Positions 63,472-64,000 of a stretch of DNA of 64,000 bases are shown piece by piece. Source of the stretch: an uncultured Dehalococcoidia bacterium (GTDB lineage: Bacteria; Chloroflexota; Dehalococcoidia; Lucifugimonadales; UBA826); the NCBI GenBank assembly GCA_964409595.1, contig CAYPDR010000018.1, forward strand, positions 123,384 to 187,383. Reading direction: 5' to 3'. Below the pieces are notes generated by a model that saw only the letters and a program-made list of their open reading frames with translations, was not told the DNA's origin and did no database searches. Numbering within the stretch: the first letter of the stretch is position 1; each line of letters opens with the position of its first letter. The translations under genes and the position numbers were made by a program.

Positions 63472-64000
63472 CTATTGAGAACCTATTCGCTGACGAAGGA
63501 ACCATACTAGTTCCCAACGCTCTTTTTCGGTCAACAGCTTTACGAATTGCGGCATAATAGCGGAGGATTCCTTGCCCCTAACTTCGGCGGACAACCCGGC
63601 TCTTCCACCCCATGTTATGTAGCCAAATATTTCCCCGTCACTAAGTTCTTTCACCCTTTCAGAATTCAGGTTGATTGGTAATCCTTTTTCCAAAGCGTTA
63701 CTTCCATCATTCCGAGAACTCTTTATTGTTGTTATAGGCCCAGCACCATCTAATTCACGGCCGTGGCACACTTGGCAATTAACCTGGTACAAACGTGCGG
63801 CGTGACCATCATCATAACTATCCAATACAAGGGGGGACAGATGGAGTTTCTTGAGTTCTTCGATATCAAGAATTTTAACCTCAGCCCCGCTTATGGGAAC
63901 TGACCCGCTAGGAGGTAAAATTCTCGGCACTTCCTGTGATCGGTAGGCGTCAGAATAGTGCATTTCAGAAAACACTTGAACGGCATGCGAACCTGTCTGT
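63472..64000 (-). CDS. c-type cytochrome (single CxxCH), 5' end probably beyond the right edge
   Basis: CQVCHG haem-binding motif with a distal Met candidate (IMPQF). The reading frame stays open upstream of the ORF-track GTG 63975 to the window edge (...QTGSHAVQVFSEMHYSD...). Confidence 0.6.
   Translation of the reverse strand, partial: QTGSHAVQVFSEMHYSDAYRSQEVPRILPPSGSVPISGAEVKILDIEELKKLHLSPLVLDSYDDGHAARLYQVNCQVCHGRELDGAGPITTIKSSRNDGSNALEKGLPINLNSERVKELSDGEIFGYITWGGRAGLSAEVRGKESSAIMPQFVKLLTEKERWELVWFLRQRIGSQ

Noticed and set aside
1-64000. Search for CRISPR arrays, transposases, integrases, phage genes, toxin-antitoxin pairs, restriction-modification or other defence systems, and for rRNA and tRNA genes.
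   Set aside because: None was found. There are no spaced direct repeats, no terminal inverted repeats flanking any gene, no recombinase, nuclease or ATPase defence-type domains in any ORF, and no cloverleaf-compatible sequence in the spacers I read.

Overview
The window holds about 60 tightly packed genes on both strands, and I found no rRNA, tRNA, CRISPR array, transposase, integrase or phage gene. Most of it is bacterial housekeeping in conserved blocks. These are dgt-(two small ORFs)-dnaG-rpoD-DUF362, gyrA, mfd, birA, yggT-proC-pdxA, nrdR-nrdJ (class II RNR), rsmH-ftsA-ftsZ, mogA-trmD-argF-der-plsY-gpsA, and folD / dnaJ-prmA-rsmE / acpS. Between them sit accessory metabolic genes typical of paralogue-rich marine heterotrophs: two enolase-superfamily enzymes, two crotonases, SDR, AKR, 2-hydroxyacid dehydrogenase, an RraA-like aldolase, a cyclase, a TPP enzyme, an F420/LLM oxidoreductase, an MFS transporter and a DAO-type flavoprotein. 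The synteny, the F420-type LLM enzyme and the moderately AT-rich composition (judged by eye, not computed) suggest a Terrabacteria lineage, possibly a marine Chloroflexota (SAR202-like). That placement is inference only. I do not see a convincing new defence or mobile system. The best candidate for something undescribed is the accessory locus at about 23.6-31.3 kb, whose intergenic regions share a TTGTCAAT-type motif. The motif is strongest in a 36-bp near-perfect palindrome at 25234-25269, and no regulator gene lies nearby. Other points worth a second look:
- two orphan small ORFs with their own leaderless-type TATAAT box inside the dgt-dnaG-rpoD operon
- a DUF362 gene fused stop-to-start with rpoD
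- a division cluster reduced to rsmH-ftsA-ftsZ
- an NrdR-box-like element inside the nrdR promoter spacer
- an ArgF that deviates at two canonical transcarbamylase motifs
- a 646-bp non-coding gap upstream of birA
Several ORF-track starts were moved to internal starts with better RBS or N-terminal support, as noted per feature.
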